Positions 25,602-34,232 are shown, numbered from the stretch's first letter. The stretch: DNA of 64,000 bases from a bacterium (GCA_036274695.1 DASUFF010000044.1:484-64483); one strand, 5' to 3'. Program-made: numbers and translations. Notes: a model not told the origin generated them from the letters alone.

Positions 25602-27217
25602 AAATTTGCCTCATCAATCCACCGACCACCGCTCCTTGGGAACGCCGCGTTTATTTCCCCATGGCCTTGATCACATTGGGCGGGGTTTTGAAGAAATTGG
25701 GCGTTGAGGCGGCCCTCTGGGATTTCGATCTTTATTTCAAAAAGGCGGGGAACACCACGGAGGCCGGTTTCAGCCGCCTGCTGAAGGCCGGCGTCGTTTC
25801 TGCGGGTACGAAAATCTTCGGCATTTCGTCGCTCTGCTCGAATTTTCCCATGGCCGTCTGGATCTCTAAGAAGATCAAAGAATATTGCCCGGACGCCTTG
25901 ATCATCCTGGGAGGACCGCAGCCCTCGTCGATACCCACGCAGATTCTGGAACAATTTGATTTTATCGACGTCGTCGCCGCGGGCGAGGGAGAAGTCACCC
26001 TGGAAGAGATGGTCCGGTGCAATTTCGACCGCGCCGCACTCGCCGAAATACCGGGTGTCGCCGTCAGGATCGGCCAGGAAATCAAATTCAATACGAAAAG
26101 GCCTCTCGTCGCCGACATGGACGATCTTCCGATGCCCGATTGGTCCTTGCTGGATCTCAAGGAATATTACGCCCCGCACCTGGAGAAATTCCCGACGCCG
26201 GTGGAAGTCGGCCGCGGATGCCCTTATAATTGCACGTTCTGCTCGACCGCCCTGATGTGGCAAAAAGACTTCCGCGTAAAATCGCCCAGAAGGATTCTCG
26301 ATGAGATGGAGCTCCTTCATCGGGAATACGACATCACGGAATTCGAGTTCGTCCATGACAACTTCACGACCTCCAAGAAGTTCGTGGGCGAATTTTGCGA
26401 TTTCATGGAACGCGAAAACACCAAAAACTTTCTGTGGCATGCGGCCTCTCGAACGGATTGCCTCGACATCCCCCGATTGGAAAAGATGCACGCCGTCGGG
26501 TTGAAGGGCCTTTTTTTCGGCATCGAGACCGGTTCCGAAAGAATGCAAAAAGTCATCAAAAAGGGGCTTCAGTTCGATAGATTCGAGCCTATCTTACGAC
26601 GGGCGAACGAGTTGGAAATCGTCGTGACGACGGCATTCATTCTGGGATTCCCCGATGAGGAGGCCGAAGACTTCGATCAAACCGTGCGCCGGGCCCTGCA
26701 TTATAAGAACCTCGACACGCGGTGGGTCGTCTTCTCCAAGCTGGCGGCTTTAACGGGCACGGACCTCTATCGCAATTACGTGGATAAGCTGACCACGCCG
26801 TCGGGACTCTCCGTTTTCAGCCCGCAATATTACGGGCTCCCGTACATCAACGACCTGATCAAGAAGCACCCCGATCTCTTTTCTTCTTTTTATCACGTTC
26901 CGCACCGTCTGTTTTCCTCCGAGTTTCTCGGAAAGTTCGTCCAGTTCGCGAGTTTGTTGGTGAACGGAAATCCCAAGACCACCCTCATGATCATGGAAAA
27001 TCTGCGCATCGGTGTGGTCGAATTGTTTTCCCTGTGGGACGATTGGGCCCTGGAAAGAGACATTCCCTGCTTCCGTCATCATTCCTATTCCTACGAACGC
27101 TTCCGTAAGGACTTTGCGGCCTTCCTGAATGACGTGATCTTCAAAGGCGCGATCGCGATGACGCACGGTGGTTCGGAAGGAAAATTCGAGTCTTCAGGCC
27201 ACGCGATTTTTTCCTAA
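25598..27217 (+). CDS. B12-binding-domain (class B) radical SAM enzyme
   Basis: N-terminal Rossmann-like MKICLINPP...ILGGPQPS...AAGEGE followed by the radical SAM cluster motif GRGCPYNCTFC. Confidence 0.8.
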   Translation: MKICLINPPTTAPWERRVYFPMALITLGGVLKKLGVEAALWDFDLYFKKAGNTTEAGFSRLLKAGVVSAGTKIFGISSLCSNFPMAVWISKKIKEYCPDALIILGGPQPSSIPTQILEQFDFIDVVAAGEGEVTLEEMVRCNFDRAALAEIPGVAVRIGQEIKFNTKRPLVADMDDLPMPDWSLLDLKEYYAPHLEKFPTPVEVGRGCPYNCTFCSTALMWQKDFRVKSPRRILDEMELLHREYDITEFEFVHDNFTTSKKFVGEFCDFMERENTKNFLWHAASRTDCLDIPRLEKMHAVGLKGLFFGIETGSERMQKVIKKGLQFDRFEPILRRANELEIVVTTAFILGFPDEEAEDFDQTVRRALHYKNLDTRWVVFSKLAALTGTDLYRNYVDKLTTPSGLSVFSPQYYGLPYINDLIKKHPDLFSSFYHVPHRLFSSEFLGKFVQFASLLVNGNPKTTLMIMENLRIGVVELFSLWDDWALERDIPCFRHHSYSYERFRKDFAAFLNDVIFKGAIAMTHGGSEGKFESSGHAIFS

Positions 27218-27379
27218 AGCGGCAAAGGAAAAGTCGGACACGCGTCGACCCCATTGAAAAATAGTCCGAAAAGGTTTCAGAAATCCGCATCGTCCAAAAA
27301 TCAAACCTAGCTGTCCATTCCCCCGGTCTTTCAATCCCGTGATCGCCAATATTTCCTAGCCATTCCGCATCATCGCACT

Positions 27380-27395
27380 TGGCCCGCGTCTTGCT
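27380..27395 (+). promoter_or_regulatory. sigma-54-like promoter TGGCCCGcgtcTTGCT
   Basis: GG/GC spacing is correct, with one mismatch (A5 to C). It lies about 95 nt upstream of the TTG start at 27492. Confidence 0.45.
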
Positions 27396-27416
27396 CTCCT
27401 ATCAATAGCCGGTCGT

Positions 27417-27445
27417 TTGACAAGTGATACCTTTAAAGGTATCAT
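27417..27445 (+). promoter_or_regulatory. sigma-70 promoter TTGACA-N17-TATCAT containing a perfect 18-bp palindrome GATACCTTTAAAGGTATC (27426-27443)
   Basis: Read directly from the sequence. The palindrome spans the spacer and the -10 box, which is the classic operator position. Confidence 0.7.
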
Positions 27446-27491
27446 ATTGGAGGTAGCGTGGGCAGGATAAGGCGGGGGCGAGGAGTGTTTT

Positions 27492-27956
27492 TTGAAACAT
27501 AACAAATTCAGAAAGGTCGAGTTCGACAACAAGAAGAGGGTTTTTCATCTAGAGTATTCTTCCGGTTTAAAGGTGGATTGCCCTTATTCCGCCCTGGGCA
27601 TTCGAGACAGAGTGGTCGAAGCCGGACTGGATCCTGAAGTGGGGCGGCATTCCTTTTATTTCAGGCTGAATAACGGCAAGAAAGATTATGTCCCCCACGA
27701 TCAGCCGCTCCATATCGTCCAAAACCCCGAGTACGTCCGCGAAACGACGCTCTTTGAAGTGACCAAACAGCTGAATCGCTTCATTCGGGAATCCGGGGTT
27801 TCCAAGCGTGAGCTGGCCAGGCGACTCGGCACATCTCTGACCCAGCTAGCCCGACTTTTGGATACGACGAACTACAAGAAGGAACTTTCCCGCCTGATCG
27901 AGCTGGCGGCCATGCTCAACTACGAATTCAAATGGGAATTCAAACGAGCCGCATGA
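27492..27956 (+). CDS. DNA-binding protein: unknown N-terminal domain plus a C-terminal XRE-type helix-turn-helix
   Basis: SKRELARRLGTSLTQLARLLD is HTH-like. TTG start with an aggag RBS 6 nt upstream. Confidence 0.6.
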   Translation: MKHNKFRKVEFDNKKRVFHLEYSSGLKVDCPYSALGIRDRVVEAGLDPEVGRHSFYFRLNNGKKDYVPHDQPLHIVQNPEYVRETTLFEVTKQLNRFIRESGVSKRELARRLGTSLTQLARLLDTTNYKKELSRLIELAAMLNYEFKWEFKRAA

Positions 27957-27973
27957 AATGCTACGGTTTCCCC

Positions 27974-28360
27974 ATGAAATACCTCCACACCATGCTCCGA
28001 GTCGTCGACCTCGAAAAATCCCTCAAATTCTACACCGAAGGCCTCGGCTTCCACCTCATCTCCCGCGAAGACTACCCCAAGGACAAATTCACCCTCGCTT
28101 TCATTGCGCCGCCGGGTTCCGGCAAAGACGCCCCGATGATCGAGCTCACCCACAATTGGGAGACCAAATCTTACGTCCACGGCGACGGCTACGGTCACAT
28201 CGCGTTTCAAGTGGACTCCATCGCGGACGTCCAGAAGCGCCTGAAGGAGCACGGCTACGATTTAAGCTGGGGCCCGGGCGAGACGCCGTCGGGTAAGCGG
28301 AAGATGGCCTTTGTGGACGATCCGGATGGGTATGAGATCGAGTTGTTGGAAGGGCACTAA
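27974..28360 (+). CDS. gloA: lactoylglutathione lyase (glyoxalase I)
   Basis: MKYLHTMLRVVDLEKSLKFYTE.LG...ELTHNW...YGHIAF.V...GYEIELLE is the canonical GloA pattern. Confidence 0.88.
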   Translation: MKYLHTMLRVVDLEKSLKFYTEGLGFHLISREDYPKDKFTLAFIAPPGSGKDAPMIELTHNWETKSYVHGDGYGHIAFQVDSIADVQKRLKEHGYDLSWGPGETPSGKRKMAFVDDPDGYEIELLEGH

Positions 28361-28624
28361 TTGTCCCCCATCTTCAAAATCATCGTCATCTTCCTTCTGG
28401 CCTGGCCGGCCTTGGTCTCCCTCATCACCGGCCGCATCTATCTCCGTTCCGGTTCTACCGCGAAAGGATGGATGCCCCGGGCCTTCGGCGCGTGTCTTCT
28501 CTTGGCGGCGGCGGTCTTGGCTCTGTATTGGACGGGGCATTGGCCGTTGTCGCTTCAAGGGGCCGTCACGCCGGCGGTGGTGGTGCTGTTGGTCTTGGCC
28601 GTGGCGCTGCAAGCGATTTTTTGA
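28361..28624 (+). CDS. small integral membrane protein (3 predicted TM segments)
   Basis: TTG start immediately after the gloA stop. Hydrophobic segments. A diverged fragment copy sits at 24806-24943. Confidence 0.5.
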   Translation: MSPIFKIIVIFLLAWPALVSLITGRIYLRSGSTAKGWMPRAFGACLLLAAAVLALYWTGHWPLSLQGAVTPAVVVLLVLAVALQAIF

Positions 28625-29136
28625 AGTTGACGTCGCTTATTCGTTTCTCCGGGGTCGTCCCCTCGAGGAGCCATCATTTGACCCGCGAAGTGAACGGCCG
28701 CCTTGGTCCGATCGGCCTCCGCGAGCCGCTCCGCTTTTTTCCAAACCGGCTGGAGCTTTCGCCCGGCGTCATAAGAGCCGCGGACGATTGTCGTGAGCCA
28801 AAAACCGTCCGATTGAGGAGGGGAGGGATCGTCGGAGACGGTCGCGTTCGCGGCCAAGGCGATTTGCCGCCCCAACTCGAAATCGGAGATCTCGTGATCG
28901 TCGATCGCAAGGAGTTCGCGCAATTCCGAAATATTGTCCGCTCCGAGCGTGTTGAAGAATTGGATGAGATAGAAAGTGCGGCTTAAGGCGAAGCTCTGAT
29001 CGCGGCGCCGGACGATGCCGGACACCATCTGCACGGAGGTCCCGGGTGAGGTCAAGGAGTCACGGGACGCCTCCACTCGCCATTCCTCGGGATGCCTCGG
29101 ATCCAAGATGAAGCGTGCCGAGGTCATGGAGGGCAT
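28555..29136 (-). CDS. hypothetical protein
   Basis: 193-aa ORF with no motif. Its 3' end overlaps the convergent small membrane ORF by 70 nt, so one of the two ends may be wrong. Confidence 0.4.
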   Translation of the reverse strand: MPSMTSARFILDPRHPEEWRVEASRDSLTSPGTSVQMVSGIVRRRDQSFALSRTFYLIQFFNTLGADNISELRELLAIDDHEISDFELGRQIALAANATVSDDPSPPQSDGFWLTTIVRGSYDAGRKLQPVWKKAERLAEADRTKAAVHFAGQMMAPRGDDPGETNKRRQLQKIACSATAKTNSTTTAGVTAP

Positions 29137-29214
29137 GTGCCTCGGGCGCGTTAATAATTCCCCATTATCTTTCTTACAGTCGAAGCGCTAGAATCACTTT
29201 TCGAGGTGGTTCCG

Positions 29215-29511
29215 ATGAACAGACGCCTTCGGTTCGCCTGCCTTTTGTCCTTGGTTTTTCTCGCCGGGTCTCTTGAAACGCCGGCCAGGGCGGAGCAGGG
29301 CGGCGTCGAGGAGGCGCCCAAGGAGTCTTCGTTTACCTATGATCGAAAGACCGGCCTTTTCGTCCGCGTCCGGCCGAAGAGGCATCCTTCCTTCTACCGG
29401 GCCGGAGACTTGAACGTGAACGTCGGCTATGCGCCGAGGGTGTCGCGTCCGACGGAGGAGACGTTGCCTCCCGGCGTCGAACGCTTCCTTTTCAAGCGGA
29501 CGTTTCCATAG
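29215..29511 (+). CDS. small exported protein
   Basis: MNRRLRFACLLSLVFLAGSLETPARA signal peptide. The ATG at 29215 has a gaggtgg RBS. Confidence 0.55.
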   Translation: MNRRLRFACLLSLVFLAGSLETPARAEQGGVEEAPKESSFTYDRKTGLFVRVRPKRHPSFYRAGDLNVNVGYAPRVSRPTEETLPPGVERFLFKRTFP

Positions 29512-29520
29512 GGGAATCCC

Positions 29521-29880
29521 CTAAATCTTCGTCAAAGCCCCCTTCGCGTCCTCGACGTCCCACTTGAGCGCATTCACGGACGCCTTCTCCGGCAGATACA
29601 CCACCGGCACCGCGCCGCCTTCCTGGAAACGTTCATAGACGGCGTTCGTCACGAACACCCGACGCTTGTGCGCCGTCCCCGTCGGATCGGTGAACTCATA
29701 CGTCAGCGCCGGCCGCCGCTTCTTTCCCATGCGCACCGTGGTTTTCACCGTGATCGTGGCCAGGGTCTCGACGCCCGACGCGACTAACTTTTTGAATTCC
29801 GTTCCGCGTTTGACGACCACGAAAAGCCAGCAGGCGATGGAGAGGGCGATCAGGAGGAAGGGGAGGAGGAAGGAAATCAT
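29521..29880 (-). CDS. DUF3592-like membrane protein
   Basis: One N-terminal TM segment (ISFLLPFLLIALSIACWLFVVV) followed by a beta-rich domain, with the pattern G.E..A.I......R.G......Y.F.DP.G. The start is set at the Met before the TM segment. Confidence 0.5.
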   Translation of the reverse strand: MISFLLPFLLIALSIACWLFVVVKRGTEFKKLVASGVETLATITVKTTVRMGKKRRPALTYEFTDPTGTAHKRRVFVTNAVYERFQEGGAVPVVYLPEKASVNALKWDVEDAKGALTKI

Positions 29881-30009
29881 GGCCCGAAGATAGCATGACC
29901 CCAAAACCGCCGGCGAAAAATACTCCATTCATCGGATGGGGTTGGATAAATGTTGGGGAATTGCTTTTGCGGCAACGTGCTGTAAACGCCTCGATGTTGA
30001 GGTGCGCCT

Positions 30010-31521
30010 ATGCCGCAGTTTCCCGGTTTCGTGAGTCTCCTAAATCCGATGGCGGTTGGAGCGGCGGGCGCGATCGACGCCTCATTAATTACCACCCGGC
30101 CGCCTCCGCCCTCGAGCGACCCGGCTCCGCCGTTAACGGGATTGACTTCCGCGACCACCTCACATGTCCGACTTCAGCAATCATATGCCGCCCGCCTCTT
30201 GAGTCCCACCGCCCCTCCGGAACCATCGGAAACGGACGGTGAGATGTCTCCGATGGACGAGCTGGACTCGCTCCTGCGATCGGCCGATCCCGACTTGGCG
30301 AAGCGCGGAAGCCGGGTCACGTATCTGCTTCCCTGGATGTCTTCGAGCGATCTGCGGGAATGCCTTCAAAGGTTCCGAGGAGGTCCGGATATCGCGGAAG
30401 CCCTCTCGTCCATGATGGAGCAGGCGGCCACCGACGAGCTCCGTTTTCACTGGCTGCGTTTTTTGGCTGCGGCCTCCCAGGCGGGAATTTCCAATAGGGT
30501 GGCTCTTAAAAGGTTGGTGGGGCGGATTTCAGGAAAGCTCAAGACCAACTCGGAAAGGGAATTGAGATGGTATGGAGCGACGGAGAGCCTGATCGAGACG
30601 CTCGGGTCGTCGCCCGCGAGTTTGAGTCAGGAGAAAGTGTATCATGCCTTTCAAGAAGTCCGGTCTTCGCTTTGGAAGATCGGGTGTCCGCTGTCCCTGA
30701 TCGATCGCTTGATCAACGAATCCTCCCGCAACGATCACCACGGGCAGATCGCCTATTGGATGTTCGATCACTGGTCTTCCGATTGGTCCGCGGTTCCGAA
30801 AGTCATCGGGCTTCAGTATATGGCGGATCGGATCGCCGCGGCCGGGGACGTGGTGTTGGGTTTGTACATCCTTCAGGATCCGAACCGGTCTTTGGACGAG
30901 CTGGAAACCGTTCGCGGAGGCCGATTCCTTCGGGCCTGGTTCAGCGATCACGAGAAGGGTTTCGCCAGCGTCATGAACGTGGCCAATGCCCCTTCCGAAG
31001 ACTTGTTGGAGAAGGTCATCAATGCCTATGCGGATCCCGACAATTACTTTTTGCCGCCGGTCCACGGTCTAATCCGGGAATTGCGGGCCCGAGCGAGGGA
31101 GAGCGTCTATGGGGCTCAAGAAGACATGCTGCATCGGGCGGCGGGAAAATTACTGAAAGCCTGCATTCTGGAGCCGATCTTTCAAGTAGGGCAACGCGAA
31201 GATAACGACGATCAGCTGGCGGAGATCGTGGACAACCTGGAGGAAGGGATGCGTCGCGGCGACGACTGTTCGCCGGACGAATGGGTCGCTTTGATGTCGG
31301 AGACCATGGAAGCCTTGCAGGCCCGTCACCGCCAGGAAGCGGCTCATGATTTCCTCCGCGCGATGTACAAGCTGGCCCTTTGTCCCGACGGCACGTATGC
31401 GAATCTTCGGCTCAATCTCGTGACGAATCTCGAAATCGCGATGCACGGCCGAAAAAATGAAAGAGACTCTCGTCCGCTCAAGAGAATTTGCCAGAGTCTG
31501 ATGGCGTGGAAGATCGAATGA
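30010..31521 (+). CDS. hypothetical 503-aa all-helical protein with a Pro/Ser-rich N-terminus
   Basis: Long ORF with normal codon bias and no recognisable motif. Confidence 0.55.
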   Translation: MPQFPGFVSLLNPMAVGAAGAIDASLITTRPPPPSSDPAPPLTGLTSATTSHVRLQQSYAARLLSPTAPPEPSETDGEMSPMDELDSLLRSADPDLAKRGSRVTYLLPWMSSSDLRECLQRFRGGPDIAEALSSMMEQAATDELRFHWLRFLAAASQAGISNRVALKRLVGRISGKLKTNSERELRWYGATESLIETLGSSPASLSQEKVYHAFQEVRSSLWKIGCPLSLIDRLINESSRNDHHGQIAYWMFDHWSSDWSAVPKVIGLQYMADRIAAAGDVVLGLYILQDPNRSLDELETVRGGRFLRAWFSDHEKGFASVMNVANAPSEDLLEKVINAYADPDNYFLPPVHGLIRELRARARESVYGAQEDMLHRAAGKLLKACILEPIFQVGQREDNDDQLAEIVDNLEEGMRRGDDCSPDEWVALMSETMEALQARHRQEAAHDFLRAMYKLALCPDGTYANLRLNLVTNLEIAMHGRKNERDSRPLKRICQSLMAWKIE

Positions 31522-31608
31522 TCGGCGGAAAGGGCGAAAATCATCTGTTTCGATGACGCCAAGGAAGGCGGGTCCCCTTAGAATCTCCGGATTCAAAAAG
31601 GAGGCCCC

Positions 31609-32184
31609 ATGAAACGATTCGCTCTCAGTCTCGGTCTCGCCGCCGTCCTGCTCAGCCCCGCGATTCAAGCGGCTCCTCACAACGATTTCGAGGACGTCTC
31701 CTGGATCTCGGGCGGCCAGCGCCACATCTACGGAACGGTCTTCACCCAACCGGCCGATCCGGGAGTCGTGGACGTCTACGTCATCGGTCCGGTGAACGCC
31801 GACGACCCGCTGGACGATGTGACGCTGGACCCCCATTATCCCTACGTCCACGATCACGTGACCACCAAGGTCCCCTTCGGGCATCGCAAGCTCGCCCGCT
31901 TCCTGGTGGTCGACTTCGGGGTCAACGGAAACGCGGGCAACGTCCATACGCGCACCGTCGTGGCCAATCCCGATTTCCCTCCGATCGAGCCGGAGGACGG
32001 CAGCTTCCACGTCACTCCCACGCGCGAGGCTCCTTACGAGATCGATCTGGGGACGGGATTCGTGCCGCTGACGTCCGTCGAAGTCGTGCAAGCCGGTATC
32101 ACGGCGGGACTCCTCCGCACTATCGAGATCGCCCAAGACATCAGCGTGACGGGATGGAGCGGCGGAACCGTCGGGGACGAATAG
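31609..32184 (+). CDS. exported hypothetical protein
   Basis: Signal peptide MKRFALSLGLAAVLLSPAIQAAP and an aaggagg RBS. Confidence 0.6.
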   Translation: MKRFALSLGLAAVLLSPAIQAAPHNDFEDVSWISGGQRHIYGTVFTQPADPGVVDVYVIGPVNADDPLDDVTLDPHYPYVHDHVTTKVPFGHRKLARFLVVDFGVNGNAGNVHTRTVVANPDFPPIEPEDGSFHVTPTREAPYEIDLGTGFVPLTSVEVVQAGITAGLLRTIEIAQDISVTGWSGGTVGDE

Positions 32185-33306
32185 TCAGGATTCTTTCGAG
32201 GGGTGAAACCCGTGGGTCAACAGGGCGGCTTGGACCCTCGAGTCGACGCCGAGTTTTTCCAAGATGCGCCCCACGTGGGTTCGGATGGTGGCGTGGCTCA
32301 CGAAGAGCCGCCGGCTGATCTCGCCGTCCGACAGGCCTTGGGCCACGAAGCCCAGCACTTTGATCTCCGCCGGGGTCAGTTGGAAGGGTTTTAACCTTTC
32401 CCTGGCCTCCGGCGGGATCTCGTGGGCGTCCAATTCCGCCAGCACGAAAGTTTCTCCGGAAACCGCCCGCACCAGCTTGAGCCTCGCGCGGATCGGAAGA
32501 CCGCCGTCGCGGGGGATGTCGATTTCGGACAAACACCTGCCGGGGGCCGATTTGCCGCGGGCGAGCTCGCCCAACTTCCGCGCGGCGGATACCAAGACCG
32601 GGGGAAGATGGTCCTTCCCTCCGCGTCGAAGGGCCAGACGGTCGTGTGCGCCCCGCGAGGACCAAAGAAAACGCCCGTCAAGGCCCAAGGCGATCTCGTC
32701 TCGGCGCCTTTCCTCGAGGATGGCGTGCGCCACCCCGATTTTTTCCTCCAACCGGCGGTTCCGTTTCGCCACGGCGCGGAGCGGATCGAGGATCCGATGC
32801 AGCGCCTTCTCCTCCTCCCGGCTGAAATCAGGCTGGCGGAAGGAGCGCGCCAGGACCAACCCGACCATGCCCGGAGAATGGTACTCCGAATCGGTCAGGC
32901 GGATGTGCACCAAATGATCGGCGTCCCGCGGATGCATAAACTCATGGAAGGCCTCGGACTTGAGGTAGTCCTTCCACGCCTCGAGGCGGGAGAGGACGGC
33001 CACGGGGAGGTTGGATTGGCTCTCCTCGGGGTAAAGCGGGTCTGCGGCGTTGCCGCGCCGGGCGTACTCTTCGCAGACTTCGATCAAATTGCCGGCGACC
33101 GGCATCGGACTTTCTTGAGGGCAGTGATAAAGGATCGAGGCGCTCGTATCGAAGAAACGTTCCAAAAGGGGAAGGACTTGGGAGCCCAGGTCCTCCAAAC
33201 TGACCGCTTCGAGGGAGACGCGAAAGACAGCCGCGAGGAGTTCGCGCTTGAGACTGGAAATCATAGTGTTCCGCGAAATTTTGAACGCGAGCAAAGAGCC
33301 AGTCAA
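32185..33306 (-). CDS. LuxR-family transcriptional regulator (N-terminal sensor region, C-terminal HTH)
   Basis: The C-terminus LTPAEIKVLGFVAQGLSDGEISRRLFVSHATIRTHVGRILEKLGV is the canonical LuxR/FixJ HTH. Confidence 0.8.
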   Translation of the reverse strand: MTGSLLAFKISRNTMISSLKRELLAAVFRVSLEAVSLEDLGSQVLPLLERFFDTSASILYHCPQESPMPVAGNLIEVCEEYARRGNAADPLYPEESQSNLPVAVLSRLEAWKDYLKSEAFHEFMHPRDADHLVHIRLTDSEYHSPGMVGLVLARSFRQPDFSREEEKALHRILDPLRAVAKRNRRLEEKIGVAHAILEERRRDEIALGLDGRFLWSSRGAHDRLALRRGGKDHLPPVLVSAARKLGELARGKSAPGRCLSEIDIPRDGGLPIRARLKLVRAVSGETFVLAELDAHEIPPEARERLKPFQLTPAEIKVLGFVAQGLSDGEISRRLFVSHATIRTHVGRILEKLGVDSRVQAALLTHGFHPSKES

Positions 33307-33348
33307 GAAACTTCATTTTCCTTGCGGACGAAAGTTCCGAGCGGATAC

Positions 33349-33376
33349 TTGTTCCGGCGGTCGAGCCGTGTATAAT
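33349..33376 (+). promoter_or_regulatory. sigma-70 promoter TTGTTC-N16-TATAAT; the ATG lies 7 nt after the -10 box (leaderless candidate)
   Basis: Read directly from the sequence. There is no room for an RBS before the ATG at 33384. Confidence 0.55.
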
Positions 33377-33383
33377 CCGCTGC

Positions 33384-33833
33384 ATGCCGAAGACCTTTTC
33401 TCCCGTCACGCCCCTCGACAAAGCCGTGAAGGCCGCCCGCGAGGGCAAGAACAAGGTGGCGGATTTCTACAGCCTCTTCCTGCGCTCCCGGATCTTCGTT
33501 CCCATCAAGGATTTCCCGGGGGTGAAGCCGAACGCGCAGCGCGCCGTCCTGCGCGGGACGTTTTCTTTCCGCGTCAAGCTCCTCGGCAAGCGGCGCATCC
33601 TGATGATCTTCGACACGCCGATGCGCCTCCAACGCGCGTTCAAGACGCCGACGCAGTTCATTTCGCTGGGTCCGGGGGCCCTCTTGGAGGCGCTGCCGGC
33701 GGATCACTACCTCTTGCTGAACGCGGGCGCGCCTTTCGCCCGGATGTTCCTTCCCAAGGAGCTGGCGTGGCTTAGGAAAAACATGATTCGGAAAACCGCG
33801 CCCCCGAAGAGGCCGGCCCGACGGCTTAGGTAA
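33384..33833 (+). CDS. SseB-family-like protein
   Basis: FYSLFLRSRIFVP...ILMIFDTPMRLQ...LGPGALLEALP...LLLNAG resembles the SseB N-terminal domain pattern. Confidence 0.5.
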   Translation: MPKTFSPVTPLDKAVKAAREGKNKVADFYSLFLRSRIFVPIKDFPGVKPNAQRAVLRGTFSFRVKLLGKRRILMIFDTPMRLQRAFKTPTQFISLGPGALLEALPADHYLLLNAGAPFARMFLPKELAWLRKNMIRKTAPPKRPARRLR

Positions 33834-33839
33834 ACTCCC

Positions 33840-34232
33840 ATGGACTACCAAACCTATTACGACCGGGCGCAGGAAGGATCGAAGAAGTTCGATGCGGGGG
33901 ACGTGGACGGGGCGATCCGTGTCTTCGAAGACCTCGTCGCAAGCGATCTGGCCGAAGTGGACAAGGCCATCATGTGCCTGAACGTGGCCACCATTTATGA
34001 AAAAAGCGGAAAGACGGACGAGGCTCTGCGGTGGCTGGACCGCGGGATCGCCATCGAGCGGCTCTACTGCCGCTCCAACGTGGCGGAGAACAAGGCGTTG
34101 CTGCTGATCCGTCTCGAGCGTCCGAAGGAAGCGTTGGAGATCTATAAGGAGTACGTGACCAAGCCTTACGTGGGCGAGGAGCAGAAGGCCCGCTTCTTGA
34201 ACAACATGCAGGTGTTGGAATCTCAGGCGTAG
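33840..34232 (+). CDS. TPR-like repeat protein
   Basis: Helical-repeat pattern (GDVDGAIRVFEDLV..., NVATIYEKSGKTDEALRWLDRGI). Confidence 0.55.
   Translation: MDYQTYYDRAQEGSKKFDAGDVDGAIRVFEDLVASDLAEVDKAIMCLNVATIYEKSGKTDEALRWLDRGIAIERLYCRSNVAENKALLLIRLERPKEALEIYKEYVTKPYVGEEQKARFLNNMQVLESQA

Noticed and set aside
28555-28624. 70-nt convergent overlap between the 28361 membrane ORF and the 28555-29136 ORF, considered as a functional antisense arrangement
   Set aside because: It is more likely that one 3' end is mis-assigned or that one ORF is not real. Both are kept at low confidence rather than interpreted.
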